Positions 1 through 64,000 of a DNA stretch of 64,000 nt are shown piece after piece (the first letter of the stretch is position 1; each line of letters opens with the position of its first letter). Source of the DNA: Hormiphora californensis (lineage: Eukaryota > Animalia > Ctenophora); contig CM035357.1 of NCBI GenBank assembly GCA_020137815.1, positions 1,674,001-1,738,000 of the forward strand, written 5' to 3'. A model generated the notes under the pieces. The model was not told where the DNA came from and did no database searches. It worked only from the letters and a program-made list of their open reading frames with translations. Position numbers and translations under genes: made by a program.

Positions 1-112
1 GGAAATGAGAACTAGAGGCAGATTTGAGTTGCATTTTATTGAGGAAAATAGCCCTTTTTAGTGTCTGAGACAAGCAAAAGTGAAACGAAATGCAACGTAA
101 CGAACGAGTAAT

Positions 113-290
113 GGGCACCTGGAGATAAGGTAGTTGGGAGTTAGGGCAGGTGACACCTGGAGATAAGGTATTTGGGAGTTAGGGCAGGTGACACCTGGAG
201 ATAAGGTAGTTGGGAGTTAGGGCAGGTGACACCTGGAGATAAGGTAGTTGGGAGTTAGGGCAGGTGACACCTGATGGAGATGAAGTAGTG
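113..290 (-). repeat. 38-bp minisatellite with acceptor-like unit (repeated again at 671-811)
   Basis: Plus-strand unit cacctggagataaggtagttgggagttagggcaggtga. On the minus strand it reads ctaac..ccttatctccag|gtgtcacctg. Confidence 0.9.
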
Positions 291-1202
291 GGAGGTTAGG
301 CCAGGGTGGTTGGTAATATGGAAGTGTAAAGTTAGGGTAGGGTGGTTGGTAATTAATATTATTCAAGAAAACACGGTGACTTTTGGGGATGTGGCATTGC
401 CACCACAGATGAATTTAATTCGAATGGCTCATTTCCCCAATACAATAAGCATCCTACAACACTATTATTTAAGACCCACGTCCCACAGTCCACACCGGGT
501 ATCTAACGGTCTATTGTCAAGGAGACAAAACTTTATCTTTTTCCCATCATTCTTCATAAAGTTTTTGATAATGATATAATGGGATAATTGGAGTTGCTAT
601 GGCAATTCTTGCGTACTTAGTACTAGGACGTGTGTACATGATGGCAAACATTACCCCTACAGCATATTACAGTTGGGAGTTAGGGCAGGTGACACCTGGA
701 GATAAGGTATTTGGGAGTTAGGGCAGGTGACACCTGGAGATAAGGTAGTTGGGAGTTAGGGCAGGTGACACCTGGAGATAAGGTAGTTGGGAGTTAGGGC
801 AGGTGACACCTGATGGAGATGAAGTAGTGGGAGGTTAGGCCAGGGTGGTTGGTAATATGGAAGTGTAAAGTTAGGGTAGGGTGGTTGGTAATTAATATTA
901 TTCAAGAAAACACGGTGACTTTTGGGGATGTGGCATTGCCACCACAGATGAATTTAATTCGAATGGCTCATTTCCCCAATACAATAAGCATCCTACAACA
1001 CTATTATTTAAGACCCACGTCCCACAGTCCACACCGGGTATCTAACGGTCTATTGTCAAGGAGACAAAACTTTATCTTTTTCCCATCATTCTTCATAAAG
1101 TTTTTGATAATGATATAATGGGATAATTGGAGTTGCTATGGCAATTCTTGCGTACTTAGTACTAGGACGTGTGTACATGATGGCAAACATTACCCCTACA
1201 GC
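132..1202. repeat. Tandem duplication of 532 bp (132-663 / 671-1202)
   Basis: Offset 539 nt. ORFs 310-579 and 849-1118 translate identically. Confidence 0.95.
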
Positions 1203-1298
1203 CTACTATTATTTAGCTCAGTTCCTTAGATCAGAGGACATTTACAACTTAGACTTGTTATATATATATAGCACATAAAGTGATACACCTTCCTTGTT

Positions 1299-2297
1299 AT
1301 GTTGTTTCTGTTATGGGCCGTCCTGGCTAGCTGCAGTTCATTTGACTCATGTCCAAACCAAGTTTGTATAGAATCAGGTAAGTTCCTTTTGCCGCCAAAA
1401 AAAGTTAGCATTTTGGTCCCCCGCCGTGATTTGTGTTCTGGTAATGAATCATTTTGTTTTCTTTCTGTTCCAATCAAACACTTATAAAAGTTTTGCAGGC
1501 CAGTGGAAACCCGTGCACAAGACCGAAATTCCATGGAATTTCACCCAGACCTCACTTCAAGTGTGGAGTGACTCTGTACAAGGAAGTGGAGATATAATCA
1601 AGATCGCTCACTTCAATTCTGAACATAAGTGGAATGCAGCATTCAAAGTCATATACAACATCCCTAATCTTGAATTCAATATTGGTCAATGTCTTGTTCA
1701 GGCAACCGCTTTTCCAACACAACCAAATCTTCTGACTGAAAATGTCTGGGAGTTTTCCGTTACCCCTCAAAAAGTGGCTATCAGGTTCAACGGAGATGTG
1801 ATTATGAGTTATGCGCCCAACAACGATAATTACAATGGTTGCACTAAAAAGTAAGTCGTAGTTTTTATTTTCACTTGAAGTCGAAGTAGGGTGTTTTGAT
1901 CTCTTTTGGAGACTCCTATTTCATTATCAACTTATCAAATCTAATTTAACCCTCCTGTTACAGATGGAATCCGGATAACATTCACTACATCAAATTTCAC
2001 GCAGACGACACCGCTTCCGATCTTTACAGAAGCCCCAAGTTTACGCAAATAGGTAATGATATAATATCCCATAATATAAACGCTTCAAATCACAGCACTT
2101 ACCAATATGACAAACAACGAACAATCACACAGTGTGATTCACACTCCTCTAAAGTTCACACTCATGTCCCCCGACCAGTCTCATTATTTAACTCAGATAT
2201 GTCCACAAAAGAAAAATCTCTTTCCCGTAATAAGATACGAAGGTTTCGTTTCACACAAAGGTCACAAAATCCCATCTTAGATGGGATTGACCCCTAG
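1299..2297 (+). CDS. Small secreted protein (about 206 aa) with one ctenophore-type beta-rich domain, nested antisense in an intron of the WD40 gene
   Basis: Exons 1299-1377, 1499-1850, 1964-2052, 2197-2297; GT-AG introns in phases 1, 2, 1. Signal-peptide-like MLFLLWAVLASCSS. Domain WKPV..IPWNF..LQVWSDS..GSGD..VWEF..C..W..IKF..DTASDLYR resembles, from memory, a repeated uncharacterised ctenophore domain. The last exon is less certain. Confidence 0.75.
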
Positions 2298-2363
2298 AGT
2301 AACTACAGTTACTATAGGGTCCAAGAGGGTGTAGTTGGGGGGGGGGGCAAGTTGAAGTCTAAC

Positions 2364-10081
<7,718 letters not shown>

Positions 10082-10531
10082 GCTCTCTAGTTAATTACTG
10101 CGGCAATTGGGTTTACATAGAAATAGAAACAGGAAAATCTACTGGATTTAACTTAGACTCCAGTCCATGACTCATGAGTTTTGACTCATATTAATTCAAA
10201 ATCACTTATGCAACCTACTCAGCGGAAAAAGCTAAGCAAACAATGCCCTGCAGGCTAACAAAACGCCACGACAAGTGCTTCGAAAGCATTTTGCAGCCCG
10301 AAATCGTGGAAAATCAAGAATTGGCCAAAAGTGTAAATTTTAGAAATTCGAAAGTTTTGAGAAGAAATTTCACAGGCGCGCGTCGATTAGCATCGCATTT
10401 TATAAATTTATCCGCGCGTTACAACTAAATTTGAATAATACGCAGCACTCTTAAACTTTGGCAAAAATGTTCGTTCGCGTTTTTTATTTTGACTCCTTTT
10501 TGAAAAGTTAAAAACGTTTCTTTTTAAACAG

Positions 10532-10796
10532 CACGTGGGACGGCCAGCGTTAAAATCTGGGTGTTTTGGGAGTGCTGACAAACGGTTTTTTAGGGTTAGG
10601 GCTAAAGTAGGGTTAGGGTTTGGGTTGGGGTTTGGGTTGGGGATAGGCCTTGACATTCCCTACCAGATAAACTTTGAATCAGCCAAAACGGTTGAGTGGT
10701 TTGGCGGTTAGAGCCATTTTAGTGAATCAACTTTTTTGGCAGCGCGCACCTGTAAACAGGCCTCCAAACACCCAGATCGTAACGGCGCCCACGTGG
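10532..10796. mobile_element. Inverted-repeat element with an internal telomere-like TTAGGG/TTGGG tract
   Basis: cacgtgggacg..gttaaaatctgggtgttttggg versus cctccaaacacccagatcgtaacggcgcccacgtg; ttagggttaggg..gggttagggtttggg at 10590-10641. Confidence 0.6.
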
Positions 10797-12623
10797 GACT
10801 GCTACAGGCAAAATTTCCATGTGAATCACATGTGATGCGTCTTAGAAACCTCCTCAGTCATAGGCCCCACGACGAGACCGAGTTGACTTCATCGCTTCGT
10901 TGAAATTTCAGGGATTTACAGTTTACTAACAACCAAGTCCAACATGGTTTGCACTTCAGCGCTGTGAAATTTAAAGTTGATCATCACATCTGAAGCGGCT
11001 CCGCTTTGCTACAACACGTATGGACGCAAAGCATCAGAAGCCTAGACCCATCCTTAATTCAGACCTATCCTTCTCTCAATAAACCAATCCGATATGCATA
11101 TGTCGAAATTTTATCTACCTGGTTTTTTGTTTAGTAATTGTTTAGTAAATAAATCGTATGGAAACCAGAATGGATCACCCCTTTCTTTACAGTGCTGCTT
11201 GTAGTCGTATTACCCTAATGGAAATACAGTAATGAGACACGCACGTTGCATAACACGCGGCAAAAAGTGCATGTGTTTAGTACGTACTAGCGCTCTGATT
11301 GGCCACGGTTGCGCATCGTCTTAATGTATCTCCGTTTTTCATTACCGTTTTCCCACTACAAGCGACCGTGTTACAGTCTACACATGTAATATGTGTGTTA
11401 TGGGCGTGTAAGGGAGTCCTCCCAGCTCTAACGTGGTGACAGGCTCGCGTCTCTTAATAAGATGTCAGTGTAGTGCAATCAATTCTGCTACCCACACATA
11501 CACAGCTTGAATATCAGTAGAAGGTTAAATGAGATATATATTGTCCCGTTTTTACCATTCTCAGTCTGCAGTTCCTTATCCATCGCCTAGCACCGACCGA
11601 ACCAGGAAATACTGGTCCCTGATTGGCTGATAACCAGTCACGTGACCTAAATAACGAGCTCTGATTGGTTGTTTACTTAATTCGGTCGGTTCCTGCCTAG
11701 CACCATTTTATTCGTCCTTTACCTCACACAATATATGTTGAATACTTAGCCCTCTAGTGTTGGCATAATTATAAGAGCCGCCCTGTAATAAACATTGACA
11801 GGATCTGGTGCGGTTTACATCTGAACTCTGGTTTCTCTTTTCCGAGAATCTTTGATTTATGGGTAACTTTTCTGGGAATTGCTAGGACAAAGGATGTAGG
11901 GTAAAGCAGAGACGATGAGCTTGGATCAGAGAACCTTATTTCGTTACAAACCCCATATAACCATTGTCTGAAACATCGCCCTCTCGAGGTATACAAAGAT
12001 AGGTATACTGGTTACCGGTGCAGCAGTACTGTTGTTGTTTGCCTGTTGTTGTTTGCCTGACTGTGTTTCGGGAGGGTTACAACATAACAAGTTGTTGTAA
12101 TACTGTTACTTTGCAAACTGTATCCTCCCGGGAATACATCATATCATGGGATATCTTACAATTGAGATGTCATATGATGAATGACATGTGGACACTATAA
12201 TTATTGTATGAAATTTAAGTTCTCTTGCTCAATTGACGGTGGTAGGTCATTGATATATCTACGAAAATAGCACAAAGGTTGTTCGAGTTGTTTCATTTGC
12301 TCGAACTTATTCGTTGGTCAAGCGTTAGTCCATAGTCATAGCTAGTGTGATCTCTTTGAAAGAATTTGGTCACACTATAGCGCTAGGGCTGATACGATAG
12401 CATATATTGTAGTAATAATATCCCTTGCGATTCCCCATTTCTCTTGCCTAAGTAGAGCTTAAAATAACTTAAAAACAGGGCAAAAATACCAGATAATTAT
12501 TATTACAAACCCATTGTGTGTGGACTGTGGATGGCTAATGTGCAATGCGGACTGCGGAGAGAGGAGGTAGTTGCAGAGACTACAATGTGTTTCGTTCCGT
12601 GTAATAGATTCCACGTGTGTGTA

Positions 12624-12800
<177 letters not shown>

Positions 12801-12947
12801 CACTCTCCCCAAGTACTGCACTGCTAGTAGTAAACAGCTCCATTGTATTCTTGGTTGGATCATGTGTATATTCACAGCTCATCAATATAGATCTGGACTA
12901 GTGCTGCACCAGTATGTGTAGTATGGTTCACTAATTCTTTCTGTGTA

Positions 12948-13126
12948 CACGGTGCTCCTGAAGGTCGTTCGACCTCGACGATAGCTATCGTTTTAATTTT
13001 TTAGGCTACAATGAAAACATTTTCCCATCGGTGCTCCGTGGTTCCCAAAGGTCCCCTCTAGATCGTACAACCGGTGGTTTAGCTCGGGAGGCTGGTCGAG
13101 GTTGAACGTCCTTCAGGAGCACCGTG
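12948..13126. mobile_element. MITE with about 35-bp imperfect TIRs (CAC..GTG ends)
   Basis: tgta|cacggtgctcctgaagg..ccttcaggagcaccgtg|tgta. Confidence 0.75.
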
Positions 13127-13479
13127 TGTAATGTGTATTGCTGTAGGACTATTATAATAGAAGGGTTGTTATAGGGGCAGGGTTGTTATGTTATAACCCT
13201 CGCGAAAAGGGGGTCTTATATAGCTAGGCAAAGGGGGTAGAGGAGAATGCCGAAGGATTATTATGGTGTATAATATAGCCACATGTCCAATATCCAGTGG
13301 GTTGATGATGTATTGATGAACTTGTAGACACTGTTTTTTAAGGGGGCTTGGGTTGCTTGGTGATGACATCCCCAGGCTTCGTTTAGCCACGCGTGCTTGG
13401 GTTGCAGGGTGCAACTCCATCTAAGGAGAGCTGTTTAATTCTGCAGAGCTGGATCAATTTAGGGTGCATGTATTATATA

Positions 13480-13516
<37 letters not shown>

Positions 13517-13644
13517 ACTATATAAAAGACTAAAAGGGTGTATATAATAGTTGGGGTGAGCTCTGTTTGTTTCTCTCCCTCCCCCCATCTCTAAAGGGGG
13601 GGCACGTGTGTGTACATGTGTGTCCTGAGTCTCAGGTAATAACT

Positions 13645-14068
13645 GTAATTACATACACGGGGGAGGAGGTCCATGGAGCAGCAGCAGGGAGGGGTGCAGC
13701 TCCTTTACAGTGTAGTGCTGTATAGTGCAATATTGTAGCTTAGTGTGCAGCAGGGGGTGGAGGGGTGGGGGTGGAGGGGGGTGTAATTACATACACGGAG
13801 GAGGTCCATGGAGCAGCAGGGAGGGGGGGGGAGGGGGTGGAGGGGTGCAGCTCCTTTACAGTGTAGTGCACTGTATTATATATAGTGCAATATTGTAGCT
13901 TAGTGTGTGTGTGTGACTTGTTAGTGTGTGTGATTTGTTAGTGTGTGTGACTTGTTAGTGTGTGTGACTTGTTAGCAGCAGGGGGGTGGAGGGGTGCAGC
14001 TCCTTTACAGTGTAGTGCACTGTATTATATATAGTGCAATGTAGCTTAGTGTTTGTGTGACTTGTTAG
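13645..14068. repeat. Complex local tandem duplications (3 copies of a gggtgcagctcctttacagtgtagtg.. unit)
   Basis: Direct repeats at ~13690, 13840, 13990. Confidence 0.85.
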
Positions 14069-15740
14069 AGATATCTTGTCAGAGATGTAACAATCCGCCA
14101 AACAGGCTTTATTTGATTTGATTTTATTCTTTATCTGTTATCGGGGATTGACTGTATGGCGGCGCCATACCCCATTTGATTCTCAGATGGGTCGCGGCGC
14201 CAGACAGGGGATTGATGGGACCACCTTGCCAGCGCAGTGATTGCAATTCCTGTTAGATTATTTTGTTTTTTAATATATCTGCAATAGTTTGAATTTAAAG
14301 CTGATATTGGCCTCGACCACTGTAAAATTCCTGGAGCTGTGCAAACTGCGGTGTAGATCAATAGTGATTGCAGTACTTTTCGAACATGTGTACCAGGAAC
14401 CGACCGAAACAAGTAAACAACCAATCAGAAATCGTTATTAGGTCACGTGACTGGTATCAGCCAATCAGGGAACAGTATATCCTGTTCAGTCGCGGTCTAG
14501 ATTGCAGTACTGGACTCTCTTATAACAGCTGTAGTAGGCAGGGTATATGCTGAGGGGGGAGGGAGGGTTGTAAACAGAAGGGAAAACGGGTTTATATTTT
14601 TCCCCCGGGTGTTTTAAAAAGGGTTTAATATTTAAAACCCCCCCTTTTATATTTTTAAAATTTTTAATATAAAAAAAAACCTAAAATATACATCCCTTAC
14701 TTTTATCGAGACTGCTAGATGACATCCAGCAAAAATTTTGGGAAAAGTGGGGCCCCCCCCGGGGGAATTTCCAAAGAAAAAGGAGACAAAGTTTGTCGCC
14801 TTAAAAAAAAATGGATGAAAATTTAATAAATACGGGAAACCCGACCGAATGGAAATATTTCCCTGATTGGGTTAAAACCCAGTCCGGACCTAAAAACGAG
14901 TTTGAGGTTTTTTACTTTTTGGGGGTTTTCCTGTACATAGTTCAACTAAAAATGCGAAAAAGGGAAGAAAAGGGAGGGAGAGAGAGCGAGCGTTGGGGAT
15001 AAGGAGATTAGACGGGAGAGGAAAAAAAAATAAAAATTTCTTTGTTCTAAAAATATAATCGCAAAAGGTGTCGAAAAAACCAATTTTATTTTTTTTGGTT
15101 TCATTTTGATTGCAGTGATTCAAGACCGCGGGGGGAAAAATTTTCAAGGTCATCTTAGAAAAGGAACCAGGATTTTCTTTATTGCTTTTGGGTTTTTTGG
15201 GTATGTACAAAAACTTTTTGGTCCCCCATTTTGTCAAAAAATTTAAAATTTGGCCGGGCGCGGGTTTAGTAGCAATTTCCTAGAGTTTAAATTAAACTCT
15301 TAAGTTTTAATTTTTTTTGAAAAAAAAAAAATTTTTCCCCCATTCAGGTAGAAAATGGAGAGAAATTGGGAAAAATAGTTTTTTACACAAAAAGGGTAAA
15401 ATTGTACGTGAAAATTTGTTTAGAAGCGAGTGAGAATGTTTTGAGTTAATTTTTACTTTTTTGAAAGCTTTTACTTTGCGGGTTTCATTTGAATAATAGA
15501 GGGGGGGGAAAGAGTTTTGTTTTTAAATGGGAGGAGAGGGAAGGGGAGGGGGGGTTTTTGAGAGGGGATAAGGGTTTTAGAAAAATTTGGAGGGGAGGGA
15601 GAGGGGGAATAAGAGAGTTTTTTGGGAACCCTTTATCCCATTCATTGGGCCGTCGTTTTGATTTGATGAATAAAAAGCCAAATGAATTGTATCTGCATAG
15701 TATAGCGCTAACCGGGGGCCAATTTTTTTACACTGTAAAC

Positions 15741-16315
15741 AGTAGGCCCGTTCGCCCTACGGGGAAAAATTTCGGGGAAAAAAAATGGTAGCTTGAAGGG
15801 AACCGAATCATCCCAAACACCCTCCCTATTCCACTTTCCCCCACCCTGGTTTTTACGCTCTGGGCTTCCTGACAAGAAGGGCGAATTTTTTTAAGAGTCA
15901 ATTTTTTGGGTCCGAAACTATCTCGTTTTAAAATTTGGCCCCTATGTAGCCCTTCGGGGTTTTTATATCGACTGGAGTAATCAACCTTGGGGGGCTGGGG
16001 AAGCTTTTTCCGTAGGGGTTTTTATTGGCCGCTTTAACACGTTGGGGTAATCTGTCATATCCTAGCCCTCCCTGACAGCAGCAGACTTCTGGCCCCAATA
16101 ACGTTGCCGAAAAAGCGCTTGGGGTGGGAAAAGCAAAAACATAGGACAAAAATAAAAGATCACGGCAGAATGAAGGGCCCTTGGTACCCAAAAACGAATG
16201 GGGTGAGGTTTCTAAGTTGCTCTTAATTGCCCCTGCAAGTGTAGGGGTTGCAGGTGATTTTGATGACAAATTTGAATAGTTAAGTGTTGATTACAGAAAA
16301 TAGAGTTGTTGCAAA
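15741..16315 (-). mobile_element. Degraded or low-quality copy of the Helitron at 43627-44215
   Basis: Shares agtaggcccgttcgccctacggg, cgctctgggcttcctgacaa, cgactggagtaatca and taatctgtcatat in collinear order. Confidence 0.75.
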
Positions 16316-17910
16316 TTCGGATGTTATTTTTCTACGAAATGTAAGAGATCTTGGTTTTCCTCCTGGACTCCCTTTCAGCTTTTAATAAATCGAAAAAAAA
16401 CCCCCCCAGAAATCTTCGGCATCCTCGGGGGAATAAAAAAAAAAAAGACGGGGAAAACGGGGGGGGGGGAAAAAAAAAAAAGGGGGGGGAAAAAAAAAAA
16501 CAAAAAAACCCGGGGTTTCCTCTCTCACCCTCTTTCGCTATTTTTAAGCCCTCTCCTTTCTCCCTTCCCCCAGAATCTCCCCGCTCATCTCTATTCTATC
16601 TCTCTCGCCTCCCATCCTCCCTCCTCTCTTTCTTCTTCTCTCCCTCTCCCACCGCTCCCTATCGGACCCTCATCATTGCTGCAGTGAATTGGAGTTCGAT
16701 ACCATTGAAAGGAGGGGTACACAGTTATACTAAAACACACCCCATGTGTACAACAATCCTCTCTCTTTAATATTCTCTCTCTCTCTCTCTCTCTCTCTCC
16801 CTCTCTCCCTCTCTCTCCCTCTCTCTCCCTCTCTCTCCTCTCTCTCTCTCTCTCCCTCTCTCCCCCTTTCACTCTCCCCGATTCTCACTCATTACTGTGG
16901 CCCCACTCTATTTTTCAGTGACCCAGTTTAGTTATAAATTACTGCTTTCTTATTCTAAAGAATTATGCAAGTCTGCCCCAACAACAGCCTGTATTTTGTT
17001 GTCGTACTATCTACCACATTTAGAAGGTGCGGTTGGATCAGCACGTACGCTAAAAGTCTCGCGCCACCCTTTATAGTGCTCCTACTATTTTACAACTATT
17101 CATGATCTGTATTTAACCTGTTTTTATTCAATAGAAAATGAAGCTCGCAGTTGGTGGAGAAGAAAAGGGATGTAGGGGGGGGGGGGGGTATTTGGGGGGG
17201 GGGGGGTGGGAAGTTACGGGGGGGGGGGGGGGGAAAAAAAATTAGAGAAGAGCAAAAGACTCGAAATTTAAATTCCTGAACTTATGACATGTTCCTGCCC
17301 GGTTCTGCGGTTCACACTGGGCGAGAAGAAAGCTTACACCACAGCTCCTCGTTATAAACCAGAGTGTGCTCCCCCCCCCCCCCCGCTCTCATGACAGGGG
17401 ACCGATAAGTCACAACGAAAAAACAGCCAAACACCAAGAGGTGTATTCGACCCCCTCCCCCACCATCGCTGCATGCAGTGATCCGTGGTACTGCTCTGAT
17501 GAGACTCAAAGAGCGCTCTGTCAGCGTCAGTTTAGTTTACCATTCAAAAAAATTACAACGGTTTTTTCTTCAAGATCGTCCTTACTCCTGTAGACGAAAC
17601 GTTTTAGGTATATTATCTTGGCGACCTATAACAGCACTTATTATTGTAACTTTTATTACCAACCTAATCTTCCATTGCTCGTTACTTAACTTTCTGACTA
17701 ATTTTATTGACGCTTAATTCAGATTACTTTAGCGTTTGTGTCTCTCTCTATTTTCCTCTGTCTCCTCTTTGGTTCTCTCTCTCTATCGCTCTCTACTACA
17801 CTCTCTAGGTGTTCCCTTGATCCACGGGCTTATCGCTAGATGACTCGCGCGACTATCATCTGACTAGTCATAGAGAGTATCTCTCTCTAGCTATCTAATC
17901 TCGCTACAGA

Positions 17911-17994
<84 letters not shown>

Positions 17995-18312
17995 TCCCCG
18001 GGCCTGGGCACGTGGTCCTCATTTCCCTGATTATGTAGCACTCTGAACACGGCACTCTCTGAATGATAGTCTCTCAATCTATTCTCATACCACCTCCTCC
18101 CTTTCAATCTTTTTTCATCCTAAAAAGCCGACAATTTTCAATAAGATTCAATGCCCGTCACGACTTGTGAGATATTATCAAAATAACCAATTTCAAAGCT
18201 GTAACGTTTCCTAATCAGTTGAATTCGTTTCGCTACTAAAATGCCATCACACGAGCACGCCACACACACACGCACTCAATCCCATGCCATTATAGCTTGA
18301 GAACAAGAGAGG

Positions 18313-18389
<77 letters not shown>

Positions 18390-19329
18390 AGTGAGAGTGA
18401 GTGAGAGAGATTGGGAGCATAAAGCAAAGAGGGTTGAGTGAGAAATGGGATCGTGTGAGCTATCGCTAACTAAGAATGCCAGAAAATGAGAACTTAGCTA
18501 GTTATTATTTGCCTAGCTAGACTCTTCGTGCGCCGACCAGCGAAACACATACAAATGTAAAGAAGGGTTAGAACTTAGAACATAACATTTATATAGGAGA
18601 CAGCATTTTGTTAGAGTCCATTCGAGTCCTAACTATTTGAAAGTTAATCTTTTAATTTACTTTTAATTTGTTGTACAATTTCACTGCGTTTGTTAACCTT
18701 TCTAAGCCTCCTCAACGTCAAATATTTATGGGAAAATTATAATGGCGATTTATTATGGCTGCCATTTAAACAATTCTTGGCTGTTTTTTCATTTTACTTT
18801 TCAACTGAGCTTATCTGGGACAATAGGATGATCAATAATTGTTCAAAGTAAGATCTCAATACATCTATCATCCCCAAAAAGGCCCTCGATATTCTGCTTT
18901 AACACTGTGGGTGGTGGAGTGGTTACTTAACTAACTAGTATACTGAGGGGGGGAGTGTGGGGGTTTGTGTGGCCGGAGAGTGTCTGAGGGAGATCATTCC
19001 CCAGAACAATGATCAAAACATTGTCAATATGCAGTCGGAGCCTGATTTACCGGGATCACCGGATGGAGCCATTCAGCTCCCGGTAAATCGGGGTCCAACT
19101 GAGCTCCACCGGGAATTTAATCTCCTACTCCTCTCCTTTCTAGGGATTGTGTCTAGGGAGAAGCAGTGTGGCTGGTGTTAAAGAAGCACGTGCTAAAAAG
19201 ATCATTCAGGGTTTAGTGTTCTGTGGCAGGGAAACACCGCATTATGAATACATAATGCAATAATTCTTCCTTTCTAGGGATTGTGTCAGGGGAGAAGCAG
19301 TGTGGCTGGTGTTAGAAGGGTGTTGAGAC

Positions 19330-48286
<28,957 letters not shown>

Positions 48287-48998
48287 AAGGGAGCTTGTGT
48301 GTATGTGTGTGTGTTGGGACTGGTTTTGGTTTTCCCTTGTTTAAATTAATATCTCTCATTCTCGTGTTATTATTTATCATAATTCTGTATTATAATACCC
48401 ACTGAAACTTCTCTCCAATACAGCTGTGATATATGCACTCTATTGTGTGTGACAGCGGTTCCATATGTATCTGTAATATATTACCCCTTTCTTATTTCTG
48501 ATTAAATGATTCTATAAATAACAATTGTCAATCCTGAACCCAGAATTTTGATTACAAAATTTCTCGTTTTATTAGTTGTTTAACAAATTGATAATTCAAT
48601 GCTTCCCAGCCAAGGGCGCAGTGAACGACCGCCCAGGGAGACAAATACTAGGCCACAGATCGGATTGTAAATTGATCTGTAACGCGCGCGGTATACCTCC
48701 TAATGAAAGCACACAATCGTGCGCGTAAACACTTGCTCCTTTTGACCCTCGTTAAGTTGGCCCCAGAGAGAGATGTGAAATGTTGCGAAACAGTTGCAAC
48801 GAGAGAATTATATTGTCATCAGGTGATGGTAGTTGCACAAAAGAAAAGATGGTCGTTTTATTGGAAATAATAGCGGAAAGTAAAAACACACAGACATGTA
48901 AACGTGGACAGCTAGCTTAAGAGTCTATTTTCTCTTTCTCTCTCAATTAATCCTCCTATCTTCTCTCACTTCATTCTATCTTCATCTCTCTTAGCAGG

Positions 48999-49068
<70 letters not shown>

Positions 49069-49160
49069 TCGCACATGTACATTGCGAAATATATATTATG
49101 TATATACTCTTTCGGATACTCTCTCACATTTTCCGTCCGTTGTTTCTTGCTTTCTTCTCT

Positions 49161-63661
<14,501 letters not shown>

Positions 63662-64000
63662 CTGCAGACCCTCCTAGATCAAATAGTAGTGTGGTTTTTG
63701 ACAGAGCAACTAAAGGGTGGGTTTGGGTTATAATTCAATGATCTCAACTAAATTAAAAATTTATGAACGAAGTCAATTCAGTCAACTATAACAGTTAATT
63801 AATGGCGATTAAAATTTAAAACTATGTAATTCTAAGATTTGGAAGGGAGAACAATAATTTTATACTGTATAGGTAAGTAGCACAGGTATTATTCTAAGAA
63901 GTACATTCGAATAATCTAAGGGTACTGTACAACACAAGCAGGAACCGACTGAATCAGGAAATACTGGTCCCTGATTGGCTGATAACCAGTCACGTGACCT

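Noticed and set aside
310-1118. Two identical 89-aa ORFs as duplicated genes
   Set aside because: Non-ATG starts and no recognisable domain. They are by-products of a 532-bp duplication that may itself be an assembly artefact.
10590-10641. True or interstitial telomere
   Set aside because: Only a few degenerate units, enclosed by inverted repeats of a small element.
13169-13420. 83-aa minus-strand ORF
   Set aside because: No domain similarity or linked exons that I could support.
14550-17300. Homopolymer-rich region with odd K/G/F/P-rich ORFs (also ~58330-58580)
   Set aside because: Recognisable repeats inside it (MITE ~14835-14933, Helitron ~15741-16315) are corrupted by run-lengthening, typical of low-coverage long-read consensus. 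Treated as unreliable sequence.

Overview
Eukaryotic (animal) genomic DNA, rich in introns and repeats. It is most likely from a ctenophore (Pleurobrachia-like); this is an inference from my recollection of the 109-bp MITE and a ctenophore-type extracellular domain, not from a search. I hand-spliced four genes with consistent intron phases. (1) A minus-strand EF-hand + WD40 gene of the WDR49/EFCAB8/WDY type: 21 exons, 10081 to 2364, running off the left edge. (2) A 4-exon secreted-protein gene (1299-2297, +) nested in one of its introns. (3) A RIM/Piccolo-family PDZ-C2A-C2B active-zone scaffold (19330-48286, +). (4) Su(H)/RBPJ/CSL (63661 to about 49161, -). Introns hold at least 23 copies of a 109-bp hAT MITE, pogo-like and Harbinger-like MITEs, Helitrons, a satellite-bearing TIR element with a retroposon inside it, and a 3.8-kb palindrome. 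The most striking pattern is that repeats concentrate on exon-intron boundaries. About 20 splice sites are duplicated, from 2 to about 28 tandem copies, each carrying a donor or acceptor plus adjacent exon sequence. One array is an in-frame 72-bp ladder of alternative acceptors. Separately, 10 of about 23 MITE copies lie within 20 nt of a splice donor. The Su(H) introns carry 10 consensus Su(H) binding sites, suggesting autoregulation. About 14.5-17.3 kb looks like low-quality consensus, and three apparent frameshifts at homopolymers are probably assembly errors.
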